From an uncultured Thermus sp. (lineage in GTDB: Bacteria > Deinococcota > Deinococci > Deinococcales > Thermaceae), in NCBI GenBank assembly GCA_947085095.1, contig CAMTVD010000004.1, positions 32,001 through 96,000 on the forward strand: a stretch of DNA of 64,000 bases, written 5' to 3'. The notes beneath the pieces were generated by a model that saw only the letters and a program-made list of their open reading frames with translations, searched no databases and was not told the origin of the DNA. Position numbers and translations under genes: made by a program. Shown piece after piece: positions 1-8,892 of the stretch. Each line of letters opens with the position of its first letter. Positions within the stretch are counted from its first letter, which is position 1.

Positions 1-1
1 C

Positions 2-541
2 GGTGCCCACAATGTCCAAAACGCCCTGGCCGCCGCCCTGGCCGCCCTGGCCCTTGGGGTGGGGGTAGAGGCCATCCTTCAGGGCCTCGCCCGCTTCCCC
101 GGGGTGGGGCGGCGCTTCCAGAGGGTGGGGGAGGTCAAGGGGGCCTTGGTGGTAGACGACTACGCCCACCACCCCACCGAGGTCCGGGCCACCCTCGAGG
201 CCGCAAGCCACCATCACCGCCAAATCCGCGTCCTCTTCCAACCCCACCGCCTCCTGCGCACCCAGGCTCTCTGGACAGATTTCGTGGAGGCCCTGACCCT
301 AGCCCAGGAGGTGGTGGTCCTCCCCGTGTACACCGCCGGGGAAAAGGGGGAGGTCTCCCCCGAGGCCCTAAGCCGCCGGATCGCCGAGGCCCTAAGGGAA
401 AGGGGGGTGGTTGCCCACTACTTGGAAAAGGAGGAGGCCCTAGCCTACGCCCGCACCACCGCCACCCCAGAAGACCTCTGGCTCACCCTGGGAGCGGGGG
501 ATGTGACGGAACTGGCCCGGAGGCTCGTCCATGAAGGTTGA
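2..541 (+). CDS. murC: UDP-N-acetylmuramate-L-alanine ligase, C-terminal part (5' truncated by window)
   Basis: Frame open from base 2 (GAHNVQNALAA...), FPGVGRRF, DDYAHHPTEV, FQPHR and LGAGD motifs; directly upstream of murB. Confidence 0.93.
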   Translation, partial: GAHNVQNALAAALAALALGVGVEAILQGLARFPGVGRRFQRVGEVKGALVVDDYAHHPTEVRATLEAASHHHRQIRVLFQPHRLLRTQALWTDFVEALTLAQEVVVLPVYTAGEKGEVSPEALSRRIAEALRERGVVAHYLEKEEALAYARTTATPEDLWLTLGAGDVTELARRLVHEG

Positions 542-1328
542 GCGCGTCCTTCTCAAGGACCACACCACCCTGGGGGTGGGAGGCCCCGCGGAGCTCTGGA
601 CGGTGGAGACCCGCGAGGAACTCAGAAGGGCCACCGAGGCCCCCTACCGGGTTATCGGGAACGGCTCCAATCTATTGGTCCTGGACGAAGGGGTCCCGGA
701 GCGGGTGATCCGCCTGGCGGGAGAGTTTCAAGAGTACGATCTCCGGGGCTGGGTGGGGGCGGGGACCCTCCTGCCCCTTCTGGTGCAGGAGGCGGCCAGG
801 GCGGGGCTTTCGGGCCTCGAGGGCCTCCTGGGCATCCCCGCCCAGGTGGGGGGCGCGGTGAAGATGAACGCGGGCACCCGCTTCGGGGAAATGGCGGACG
901 CCCTGGAGGCGGTGGAGATCTTCCACGACGGAGCCTTCCACATCTACACGCCCGGGGAACTGGGCTTTGGCTACCGGGAAAGCCGCCTCCCCAAGGGCGG
1001 CATTGTGACCCGGGTGAGGCTTCGGCTGAAGGAACTCCCCTTGGATGCGATCCGGCGGCGCATGGCCGAGGTGGACGCCGCCAGAAAGGGCCAGCCCAAG
1101 CGGAAAAGCGCCGGCTGCGCCTTCAAAAACCCCCCGGGCCAGTCCGCAGGCCGCCTCATAGACGAAAGGGGCCTGAAGGGCCTGCGGGTGGGGGAGGCCA
1201 TGGTTTCCCTGGAGCACGGCAACTTCATCGTCAACCTGGGCCAGGCCACCGCCAAGGACGTGCTGGAGCTCCTAAGACGCATCCAAGAGGAGCTTCCCCT
1301 GGAGCTGGAGTGGGAGGTTTGGCCGTGA
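531..1328 (+). CDS. murB: UDP-N-acetylenolpyruvoylglucosamine reductase
   Basis: IGNGSNLLV, GIPAQVGGAVKMNAG, SAGCAFKNP and HGNFIVN motifs. Confidence 0.96.
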   Translation: MKVERVLLKDHTTLGVGGPAELWTVETREELRRATEAPYRVIGNGSNLLVLDEGVPERVIRLAGEFQEYDLRGWVGAGTLLPLLVQEAARAGLSGLEGLLGIPAQVGGAVKMNAGTRFGEMADALEAVEIFHDGAFHIYTPGELGFGYRESRLPKGGIVTRVRLRLKELPLDAIRRRMAEVDAARKGQPKRKSAGCAFKNPPGQSAGRLIDERGLKGLRVGEAMVSLEHGNFIVNLGQATAKDVLELLRRIQEELPLELEWEVWP

Positions 1329-1368
1329 TTTCGCAACCCTTTCACACCTGGGGGATACAATGCGCCTT

Positions 1369-1947
1369 ATGAGGACCATCCTGGCTCTCCTTCTCCTCGC
1401 CACCCTCTTTGTGGCCAGCCTGGTCCTCTTCCCCGTGGAGAAGGTGGAGGTGGTGGGGCTTGAGCACCTGAAGGAGGCCCATGTGCTGGCGCGAACCGGG
1501 CTCCACGAGGGGGAGGCCTGGCTCTGGGTTTCCGCCAACCGCCTCGCCCCTCTGCTCCAAGACCCCTGGGTGGCCGAGGCCCGCCTGGAAAAGCCAAGGC
1601 CCGGGGAGGTACGCCTTTTCGTGCGGGAGCGGAAACCCCTTTTACCCCTAGGGGACGGTTCTGCCCTGGCCGAGGATGGCACGCTCCTCCCCGGAGGCGC
1701 CCCCCTGGCCCGGGGCCCCCGGGTGGAGGGCCAGGGCCCCCTGCCCAAGGAAGAGCTCCTGCGCCTGGCCCGGGCCTATCCTAGGGCCAAGGCCCTCCGC
1801 TACACCCCAGCGGGCTTCTGGGTGGAGCTCAAGGAGACCACCCTCTTCGCCCCGGAAGCGCGGTTTCTGCTAGAGTATGCCCAAGCGAAGGGGGCTTTGG
1901 GAAGCCAGGTCTACCTGTATTCTTGGGGGGTGAGCGTACGCCCATGA
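1369..1947 (+). CDS. ftsQ: Cell division protein FtsQ/DivIB (TM + POTRA)
   Basis: N-terminal TM, POTRA-like region, position between murB and ftsA; ATG 1369 lies 7 nt after TACAAT (1356-1361), alternative start 1360. Confidence 0.85.
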   Translation: MRTILALLLLATLFVASLVLFPVEKVEVVGLEHLKEAHVLARTGLHEGEAWLWVSANRLAPLLQDPWVAEARLEKPRPGEVRLFVRERKPLLPLGDGSALAEDGTLLPGGAPLARGPRVEGQGPLPKEELLRLARAYPRAKALRYTPAGFWVELKETTLFAPEARFLLEYAQAKGALGSQVYLYSWGVSVRP

Positions 1948-3188
1948 TCATCGCCGGACTGGATGTAGGCACCAGCAAGGTTACCACCGTGATCGGGGAG
2001 CTGGCCCCCGATGGCATTTTGGACATCATCGGCGAGGGAACGGCCCCCTCCCAAGGGCTGAAACGGGGGGTCGTGGTCAACCTGGAGCGCACCACCGAGG
2101 CCATCCGCCAAAGCGTCCACCAGGCCGAGCGGGTGGCTGGGGTCAGGGTGGAGCGGGTGGTGGTGGGCGTGGGGGGGCCCCACCTGAAAAGCGTAACCAG
2201 CCACGGCCTGGCCGCTATCCGCCGGGGCCATAGCATCGCCGAGGCCGATGTGGAGCGGGCCATTGAGCAGGCCAAGGCCTACCCCTTTGAAGGGGAGCTG
2301 GAACTTCTCCACGCCCTGCCCTTGGAGTTCAAGGTGGACGGGCAGGAGGGCATCCGGGACCCTGTGGGCATGGCGGGGGTGCGCCTCGAGGTGGAGGTCC
2401 ACCTGGTGGCCGCGGCCAGGGGACCCCTCGCCAACCTGCGCCGGGCGGTGGAGGACGCCGGGCTCGAGGTGGAGGCCCTGGTGGCCCAGACCCTGGCCAG
2501 CGGCCTCGGGGCCTTGGGTCCCGAGGAAGACCACATGACCGTTCTCCTCTTGGACGTGGGTGGGGGCACCACCGACGTGGCCGTCTTCCGTGAGGGGCGC
2601 CTGGCCCACTCCACCGTCCTGCCCTTGGGCGGCGATCACGTAACCCAGGACATCGCCCAGCTCCTGAAAATCCCCTTTGAAGAGGCCGAGCGGGTGAAGA
2701 AGAAGTACGGGGCCGCCCTGCCGGAACTGGCCGACCCTGAGCTGGTCCTGGAGATCAACCAAGAGGGGGGCTCCTTGGGAGAGGTGCCCGCCCCGGAGCT
2801 TTCCCGCATTATCCGGCCCCGCCTTAGGGAGATCCTCCACCTGGCCCGGCAATCGGTGGACGAGGCCTTGGGGCCCCTGGAGATCAGGGTAAACCGGGTG
2901 GTCCTCACCGGGGGCACGGCCCTCCTCCGGGGGTTTGACCTTCTGGCCCGGCAGCAGTACAGCCTACCGGTGCGCATCGGCAGGCCCCAAGGGGTTTCCG
3001 GCCTCACCGATGTGGTGGCTACCCCCGCCCACGCCACCGCCGTGGGCCTGGTGCGCTATGGGGCCACCTTACCCATCCGGTCCCCAGAGCCCAAGCCCAG
3101 GCGGGAAAAGAAGGAGAAGCGGGAAGAAAGCGGTCAGGCTACGGGATTCTGGGCCCGGATCAAGGAGATTATCAACAATCTATTTTGA
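1944..3188 (+). CDS. ftsA: Cell division protein FtsA
   Basis: GLDVGTSKV, LDVGGGTTD, GGDHVTQDI and VLTGG motifs; ATG overlaps the ftsQ stop (ATGA). Confidence 0.96.
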   Translation: MIIAGLDVGTSKVTTVIGELAPDGILDIIGEGTAPSQGLKRGVVVNLERTTEAIRQSVHQAERVAGVRVERVVVGVGGPHLKSVTSHGLAAIRRGHSIAEADVERAIEQAKAYPFEGELELLHALPLEFKVDGQEGIRDPVGMAGVRLEVEVHLVAAARGPLANLRRAVEDAGLEVEALVAQTLASGLGALGPEEDHMTVLLLDVGGGTTDVAVFREGRLAHSTVLPLGGDHVTQDIAQLLKIPFEEAERVKKKYGAALPELADPELVLEINQEGGSLGEVPAPELSRIIRPRLREILHLARQSVDEALGPLEIRVNRVVLTGGTALLRGFDLLARQQYSLPVRIGRPQGVSGLTDVVATPAHATAVGLVRYGATLPIRSPEPKPRREKKEKREESGQATGFWARIKEIINNLF

Positions 3189-3197
3189 GGAGGGGAA

Positions 3198-4253
3198 ATG
3201 GAAGGAGCCGTCATCAAGGTGATTGGGCTAGGGGGGGCCGGGAACAACGCGGTGAACCGCATGATTGAGGCGGGCCTCTCCGGGGTGGAGTTCATCGCCG
3301 CCAACACCGATGCCCAGGTGCTGGCGAAAAGCCTGGCGGACACCCGCATCCAGCTGGGGGAGAAGCTCACCCGGGGCCTGGGGGCGGGGGCCAACCCCGA
3401 GATCGGGGAGAAGGCGGCCCTCGAGGCCGAGGACCTGATCGCCGAGACCCTCGAGGGGGCGGACCTGGTCTTCCTGACCGCGGGCATGGGGGGCGGTACG
3501 GGTACGGGAAGCGCCCCCATCGTGGCCGACATCGCCAAGCGCCTGGGAGCCCTCACCGTGGCCGTGGTGACCCGGCCCTTCAGCTTTGAGGGCCCAAAGC
3601 GCTTGAGGGCGGCGGAGGAGGGCATCAAACGCCTGAGGGAGCGGGTGGACGCCATGGTGGTGGTGCAGAACGACCGCCTCCTCTCGGCGGTGGACAAAAA
3701 GATGAGCCTCAAAGATGCCTTTCTCATCGCCGACCGGGTCCTCTACCACGGGGTGAAGGGCATCACCGATGTCATCAACCTCCCAGGCCTCATCAACGTG
3801 GACTTCGCCGACGTGAAGGCCCTCCTGGAGGGGGCGGGCCAGGTGCTCATGGGCATCGGGGCCGGGCGCGGGGAGAACCGGGTGGAGGAAGTGGCCAAGA
3901 CCGCCACCCATAGCCCCCTCCTGGAGCGCTCCATTGAAGGGGCCAGGCGCCTCCTCCTGAACGTGGTGGGATCGGAAGACCTCTCCCTCATGGAGGCGGC
4001 GGAGGTGGTGGAAAGGATACGGGAGGCCACGGGCCAAGGAGATGTGGACATCCTCTACGGGGTCACCTACGACGACCGGGCCCAGGACGAGCTTAGGGTC
4101 ATCCTTATCGCCGCGGGGTTTGGGGAGAGCACCGTGGTCCCCAGGCCCCTACGCCCCCTGGACTTTCCCACCCACACAGACACCTACAACTTTGATATAC
4201 CCGCCTTCATCCGCTACGGGGACGGGGAGTTTCCCCCCAAGCGGGGCAACTAG
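3198..4253 (+). CDS. ftsZ: Cell division protein FtsZ
   Basis: [17 protein letters not shown] tubulin signature, NVDFAD, C-terminal DIPAFIR; RBS GAGGAGG. Confidence 0.99.
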   Translation: MEGAVIKVIGLGGAGNNAVNRMIEAGLSGVEFIAANTDAQVLAKSLADTRIQLGEKLTRGLGAGANPEIGEKAALEAEDLIAETLEGADLVFLTAGMGGGTGTGSAPIVADIAKRLGALTVAVVTRPFSFEGPKRLRAAEEGIKRLRERVDAMVVVQNDRLLSAVDKKMSLKDAFLIADRVLYHGVKGITDVINLPGLINVDFADVKALLEGAGQVLMGIGAGRGENRVEEVAKTATHSPLLERSIEGARRLLLNVVGSEDLSLMEAAEVVERIREATGQGDVDILYGVTYDDRAQDELRVILIAAGFGESTVVPRPLRPLDFPTHTDTYNFDIPAFIRYGDGEFPPKRGN

Positions 4254-4267
4254 GAAGCCCCTCTCTC

Positions 4268-4768
4268 GTGGTCGTCTTGGGCGTTGATCCTGGCATCACC
4301 CACCTGGGCCTGGGGGTAGTGGACGTGGAGGCCAAGGGGGCCTTGAAGGCCCACCTTCTCCATGGGGAGGTGGTGAGAACCACGCACAAGGAAAGGGCCC
4401 AGGAACGGGTGGGCCGCATCCACACCCGGGTGAGGGAAGTCCTTCTCCGTTTTCGCCCCGAGGCCCTGGCGGTGGAGGAGCAGTTCTTCTACCGGCAAAA
4501 CGAGCTGGCCTACAAGGTGGGCTGGGCCCTGGGGGCGGTGCTGGTGGCGGCCCACGAGCTAGGGGTGCCCGTCTACGCCTATGGTCCCATGCAGGTGAAG
4601 CAGGCCCTGGCGGGACACGGCCATGCGGGTAAGGAGGAGGTGGCCCTGATGGTCCGGGGCATCCTGGGCCTAAGGGAGGCCCCCAAGCCCAGCCACCTGG
4701 CGGATGCTCTGGCCATCGCCCTCACCCACGCCTTCTACGCGCGGTTGGGCAGCGCTAAACCCCTTTAG
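4268..4768 (+). CDS. ruvC: Holliday junction resolvase RuvC
   Basis: LGVDPG, AVEEQFF, QVKQALAGHGHAGKEEV and ADALAIA motifs. Confidence 0.95.
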   Translation: MVVLGVDPGITHLGLGVVDVEAKGALKAHLLHGEVVRTTHKERAQERVGRIHTRVREVLLRFRPEALAVEEQFFYRQNELAYKVGWALGAVLVAAHELGVPVYAYGPMQVKQALAGHGHAGKEEVALMVRGILGLREAPKPSHLADALAIALTHAFYARLGSAKPL

Positions 4769-5388
4769 AGCCATCCCCGGCGCACCGCATAGCGCAAGAG
4801 GTCGCTTCGGGACTTGAGGCCCAGCTTCTCCATACCCCGCTCCCGGTAAGTGGCCACGGTCTTTTCGGAAATCCCTAGCTTCTCGGCCACCTCCTTGTGG
4901 GAAAGACCTTGGGCCAGGAGGCAAAGGACCTCTTCCTCCCGGGGGGAAAGGGTTCCCTCGTCTACGGCTTCCTGAACCATCTCCATGGCCAGGCGCACGG
5001 CCAGGGCAGGGTTTAGGTATCGCTCCCCCCGGGCTACGGCTAGGACAGCGTCCAGAAGCTCGTGGTCCACGGCCGCCTTGCTCACGTACCCCTGCCCTCC
5101 GGCCTGGAGGAAGCCCCGCACGTACTCCGCGTCCTCGTGCATGGAAAGGGCCAGGAGCCTGAGCTCGGGAAACCGCTCCCGAAGCCTTTGGCAGAGGGCG
5201 ATGCCGGTGCCATCAGGAAGGGAGATGTCCAGGATGACCACGTCCGTCTCCACCCTCTCCAGGAGGTCCATGGCCTCCCGGCAGCTCCCCGCCTCCCCCA
5301 CCACCCGCACCGGCCCCTTAGCCTCCAGCAGGTGCCGGAGGCCGCTCCGCACCAAGAGGTGGTCCTCCACCAGCACCACCCGGATCAT
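4765..5388 (-). CDS. NarL/NreC-family response regulator (REC + LuxR HTH)
   Basis: VEDH...LDISLPD...LSMH receiver; LSPREEEVL...LGISEKTV LuxR HTH; coupled to the upstream kinase. Confidence 0.93.
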   Translation of the reverse strand: MIRVVLVEDHLLVRSGLRHLLEAKGPVRVVGEAGSCREAMDLLERVETDVVILDISLPDGTGIALCQRLRERFPELRLLALSMHEDAEYVRGFLQAGGQGYVSKAAVDHELLDAVLAVARGERYLNPALAVRLAMEMVQEAVDEGTLSPREEEVLCLLAQGLSHKEVAEKLGISEKTVATYRERGMEKLGLKSRSDLLRYAVRRGWL

Positions 5389-7079
5389 GCGGGCACCTCC
5401 AGGGGAAGCCTAACCTGTATCCGGGTTCCCTCGCCAGGGGCGCTTTCCAAGAAGAACCGCCCCCCCACAAGCTCCACCCGCTCCCGCATACCCCAAAGGC
5501 CCTGATGTCCAGAGCCCACCCCCTTGGGGTCAAACCCCCTCCCCTCGTCCTCCACGAAGACCCGCACTTCGCCCAAAACTTCCAACACCCCCACGGAGGC
5601 CCGGGGGCTTCCCGAGTGGCGGGCCACGTTGGTGAGGGCCTCCTGCACCACTCGGTAGACCACGATCTCCAGCTCCTTGGGCAGGGGACGGGCAAGGTGG
5701 AAGGAGAGGTCCACCTCTATCCCTGTGCGCTCGGCAAACTCCCGCACGTACCGCCGGAGGGCCGCTTCGAGACCCAGGTGGTCCAGGACGCTAGGCCTGA
5801 GGTCCAAGGCCAGGCGACGCACCTCGGCCAGGGTGTAGCGGGCAAGTTCCTTCAGGGCCTCCGCCCGATCCCCAGGGAGGCCCTCGAGGCCCAGGATCAG
5901 GCCAGTGAGGGCCTGCCCCACCTCATCGTGAAGCTCCCGGGCGATGCGCCCCCTTTCCTCCTCCTGGGCCTTCAGCCAGGCCTTGAGGAGCTCCGCCCGT
6001 TGCGCCTCCTTTTCCGCCAGGGCCTCGTAGAGGCGGGCGTTTTCTAAAGCGGTGGCCAGAGGGGCTGAGAGGGCCTCGAGGAAGGCCCTGAGCCAGGCCT
6101 CCCTCACCCCGGGCCGCCCATACAGGACCAAGGCCCCATGGGGAGGCACGGGAACCACCACTCCCTCGGACCGCACCACCACCTGTCCGTGGGCTAGGGC
6201 CTCCCGGACCATGGGGGCCACCTCCCCTAGAGGGCAGCGGTCGCGGCAAGCCTCGCAGTGGAGCACCCGCCCGCCGAGCCAGAGGTCCCCGCAGGTAAAG
6301 CCGAGCTCACGCACGAGAAGAGCAAGAACCCTCTCGGAAAGGGTCTTTAGATCCAGAGCGTGCATCTCGGCCAGTACCCGGTTCAAAAGCCTCAGGTCCC
6401 GCTCCCGCCGCTCCACCTCGGCCCCCATGGCGTTAAGCGCCCTTCCCAGAGTGCCAAGCTCATGGGGGGGCTCAGGAAAACGGGCCGACTGCCCCTGCCC
6501 CAGGCGCCCAGCCTCCTGGACCATCAGGGAAAGAGGCTCCAGGAGACGGGTAAGAAACAGGTAGCCTAGACCTCCTCCCAAGCCCACGGCCCAAAGAAGC
6601 CCAAAAACGCCCGTGCGCAACACCTTGAAGAATTCCGCTAGCAAAGGGGTCCGCTCCAGGGCGAGGCGCACCACCCCCGCCTCCCCTCCCATGATCCCTG
6701 CCTCCACCTGGTATACAACCTTCCCAGAAACCTGCAGGACCCGCTCCCCATCCAAGCGGGCCAGGGCCTCAGGCACCCCCTCGGCCAGGGTATGGGCCAC
6801 CACCTCCCCCTGGGAGTTCAGGATGTAGGCGTAGGCCAGGTGGGGGTAACGGTCCTCGAGGTGGCGGAGCTTCTCCTCCACAGACAGCCGATCGGAAAGC
6901 AAAAGATCGTCCAGGACCAGAAAGGACAGATCCCGGGCTAAGCCCCGGGCCTCCTGCCAAAGGGCCCGTTCCCCTTCCGCCAACAGGAAAAGCCCGCCCC
7001 CTATGATGAGCACCCCCCCCGTGGCCAGGGCTGTCAGCAAAGTGGTGAAGAAGAGCTGTTGGACCAGACCCCACCTCAT
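5385..7079 (-). CDS. Membrane sensor histidine kinase (periplasmic domain, HAMP, Cys-containing GAF-like region, HisKA_3, HATPase)
   Basis: Two TMs, HAMP (HELGTLGRALNAM), EERGRIARELHDEVGQ, QEALTNVARH, DEGRGF, GLWGMRERV. Confidence 0.93.
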   Translation of the reverse strand: MRWGLVQQLFFTTLLTALATGGVLIIGGGLFLLAEGERALWQEARGLARDLSFLVLDDLLLSDRLSVEEKLRHLEDRYPHLAYAYILNSQGEVVAHTLAEGVPEALARLDGERVLQVSGKVVYQVEAGIMGGEAGVVRLALERTPLLAEFFKVLRTGVFGLLWAVGLGGGLGYLFLTRLLEPLSLMVQEAGRLGQGQSARFPEPPHELGTLGRALNAMGAEVERRERDLRLLNRVLAEMHALDLKTLSERVLALLVRELGFTCGDLWLGGRVLHCEACRDRCPLGEVAPMVREALAHGQVVVRSEGVVVPVPPHGALVLYGRPGVREAWLRAFLEALSAPLATALENARLYEALAEKEAQRAELLKAWLKAQEEERGRIARELHDEVGQALTGLILGLEGLPGDRAEALKELARYTLAEVRRLALDLRPSVLDHLGLEAALRRYVREFAERTGIEVDLSFHLARPLPKELEIVVYRVVQEALTNVARHSGSPRASVGVLEVLGEVRVFVEDEGRGFDPKGVGSGHQGLWGMRERVELVGGRFFLESAPGEGTRIQVRLPLEVPA

Positions 7080-7909
7080 GGCAGCACCTCCCGGGCCCGC
7101 AGGTAGACTCGGCGGTAAGCTTCTCCCGTAGCCGGAACAAAGCCTTTCAGGTACAGGGCCTCGAGGGCTTCCCTGCCCTTGGGCGTGGCTGCGAAGGCCA
7201 AGATGGCCTGGCGTATGCGCGCCTTGGCCTCAGGGGAGAGGCCCCGGCGCACCACCACCGGAGGGGCGGGGTCCTGCGGGCCCTGCCAGAGGAGGCGAAG
7301 CCCCCGCACCCCCAAGGCCTCGTACACCACCGCATCCACCGCCGCCCCCTCGGCCAGCCCCTCCTTCAGGGCCACCAGGGCCCGGTCGTGGCCGTAAGCG
7401 AAGAAGGCCCGGGCAAAGAAGCCCTCCCCTAAACCCCGGGCCGCCAGGCGGGGCCAGGCGTGCCCGGTGTTGGAAAGGGGGTCGGCGAAGGCAAAGGGCT
7501 TAGCAAAAAGCTGGGAAAGGTGCCGATAAGGGCTCCCCTCCCGCACCAGAATCAGGCTGCGGTAGGGGGTCTTGGGCTGAGTAGCCAGGATCACCTCCAA
7601 AAAACCCTCTTCTACCCCAATCCCTGCGGCTAGAGTGCAGACAAACCCCACCTCTGCCTCACCCCGGCGGAGGGCCTCGAGGACCCCCGCATAGGTCCTC
7701 CGGCCAAAGACCTCCACCCGCACCCCCAGCACCTCCCCCAGCCCCCGGGCCAAAACCCGGTAGGGCTCGGCCTCCTGGGGGGAGCGCATCCCCGCCACCA
7801 CCACCCGGATCTCCCCCCCCGCCACCCCCGCCCGGTAGGGTGGGGAAAGGGCTATCTCAGGGGGCTTGGCGCAGGCCCCCAGGAGAAGGAACAAGACGAG
7901 GAGCCTCAC
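7076..7909 (-). CDS. PhnD-fold oxyanion-binding lipoprotein (AioX/ArxX-like)
   Basis: Lipobox LLGAC, FVCT, YRSLILVR, FADPLSNTG, HDRAL, AAVD, PPVVV; GTG 7909 is 6 nt after TATTCT (ORF track start 7942); no ABC permease or ATPase nearby. Confidence 0.85.
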   Translation of the reverse strand: MRLLVLFLLLGACAKPPEIALSPPYRAGVAGGEIRVVVAGMRSPQEAEPYRVLARGLGEVLGVRVEVFGRRTYAGVLEALRRGEAEVGFVCTLAAGIGVEEGFLEVILATQPKTPYRSLILVREGSPYRHLSQLFAKPFAFADPLSNTGHAWPRLAARGLGEGFFARAFFAYGHDRALVALKEGLAEGAAVDAVVYEALGVRGLRLLWQGPQDPAPPVVVRRGLSPEAKARIRQAILAFAATPKGREALEALYLKGFVPATGEAYRRVYLRAREVLP

Positions 7910-7954
7910 TACCCCAGAATAGGAAAGGCTCAGGGGTATCAATGTCCCAAGGCC

Positions 7955-7974
7955 TGTCGGGAAAACTGCCTACA
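7955..7974. promoter_or_regulatory. Imperfect palindrome TGTCGGGAAAACTGCCTACA, candidate site for the NreC-like regulator
   Basis: TGTCGG-N8-CCTACA inverted repeat between the divergent regulator and reductase operons, upstream of candidate -10 TACCCT (7997-8002). Confidence 0.5.
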
Positions 7975-8046
7975 CCCCTGTCCCCCCTTCGGCGACTACC
8001 CTAGAGGAGCTGAGCCTCCTAGCCTGGGTGGGGAAAGGAGGTGGGT

Positions 8047-8883
8047 ATGGAAAAACACACCCCCATGAATCCGGAGGAGAGGCGGCGCTTCTTGGCCAAG
8101 ATGGCCAGCGCCGTCTTCGCCTCCATGCTGGCCCCCGGGCTGGCCCAGGGAGCGCCAAAGCCAGAGGCCCCGGAGCCCGTGAGCGAGGATGTCCTCCTCA
8201 GGATGCAGAAGGACTTGGAGCGGGCCCTTCAGAACCCCAAGCGCAAATGGGGCATGGTCATTGACCTTAGGAAGTGCGTGGGATGCCACGCCTGCACCGT
8301 GAGCTGCATGGCGGAAAACCGCCTGCCTCCGGGGGTGGTCTACCGCCCGGTGAGCGAGGAAGAGCTTGGAACGTACCCCAACGTCACCTACCGCTTCGTC
8401 CCCAGGCCCTGCATGCAGTGCGACGAGCCTCCCTGCGTCCCCGCCTGCCCCTACGACGCCACCTGGAAGCGGGCGGACGGCATTGTGGAGGTTGACTACG
8501 AGCTTTGCGTGGGATGCGAGAAGTGCATCCCTCCCTGCCCTTACGACTCCCGGCACATGGACTACGGGGAGTACTGGACGAAGGACACCCCGGGCAAAGG
8601 GAGGATGCCCTACGAGACCCTCCCCGGGTACGAGTGGAACAAGAAGGTGGCCCGGGAGGACGAGGCTGGCCCCATGGACAAGGTGCGCAAGTGCCACTTC
8701 TGCCTGCACCGCATTGAAAGGGGCCTTCTCCCCCAGTGCGTGACCACCTGCATGGGCCGGGCCACCTACTTCGGGGACCTCGAGGACCCCACCTCCCTGG
8801 TCTCCCAGCTCATCAAGAAGCCCAACGTGATCCGGCTTAAGGAAGAAGCGGGAACCAAACCCCGCGTGTACTACCTGGTGTAG
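8047..8883 (+). CDS. TtrB/NrfC-like 4x[4Fe-4S] electron-transfer subunit with Tat signal
   Basis: ERRRFL Tat motif; [40 protein letters not shown]...CVTTC; RBS AAGGAGGT before ATG 8047. Confidence 0.92.
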   Translation: MEKHTPMNPEERRRFLAKMASAVFASMLAPGLAQGAPKPEAPEPVSEDVLLRMQKDLERALQNPKRKWGMVIDLRKCVGCHACTVSCMAENRLPPGVVYRPVSEEELGTYPNVTYRFVPRPCMQCDEPPCVPACPYDATWKRADGIVEVDYELCVGCEKCIPPCPYDSRHMDYGEYWTKDTPGKGRMPYETLPGYEWNKKVAREDEAGPMDKVRKCHFCLHRIERGLLPQCVTTCMGRATYFGDLEDPTSLVSQLIKKPNVIRLKEEAGTKPRVYYLV

Positions 8884-8892
8884 GAGGTGCGT

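Noticed and set aside
7076..7909. Phosphonate ABC importer (phnD)
   Set aside because: No phnC/phnE nearby; gene is coupled to a sensor kinase
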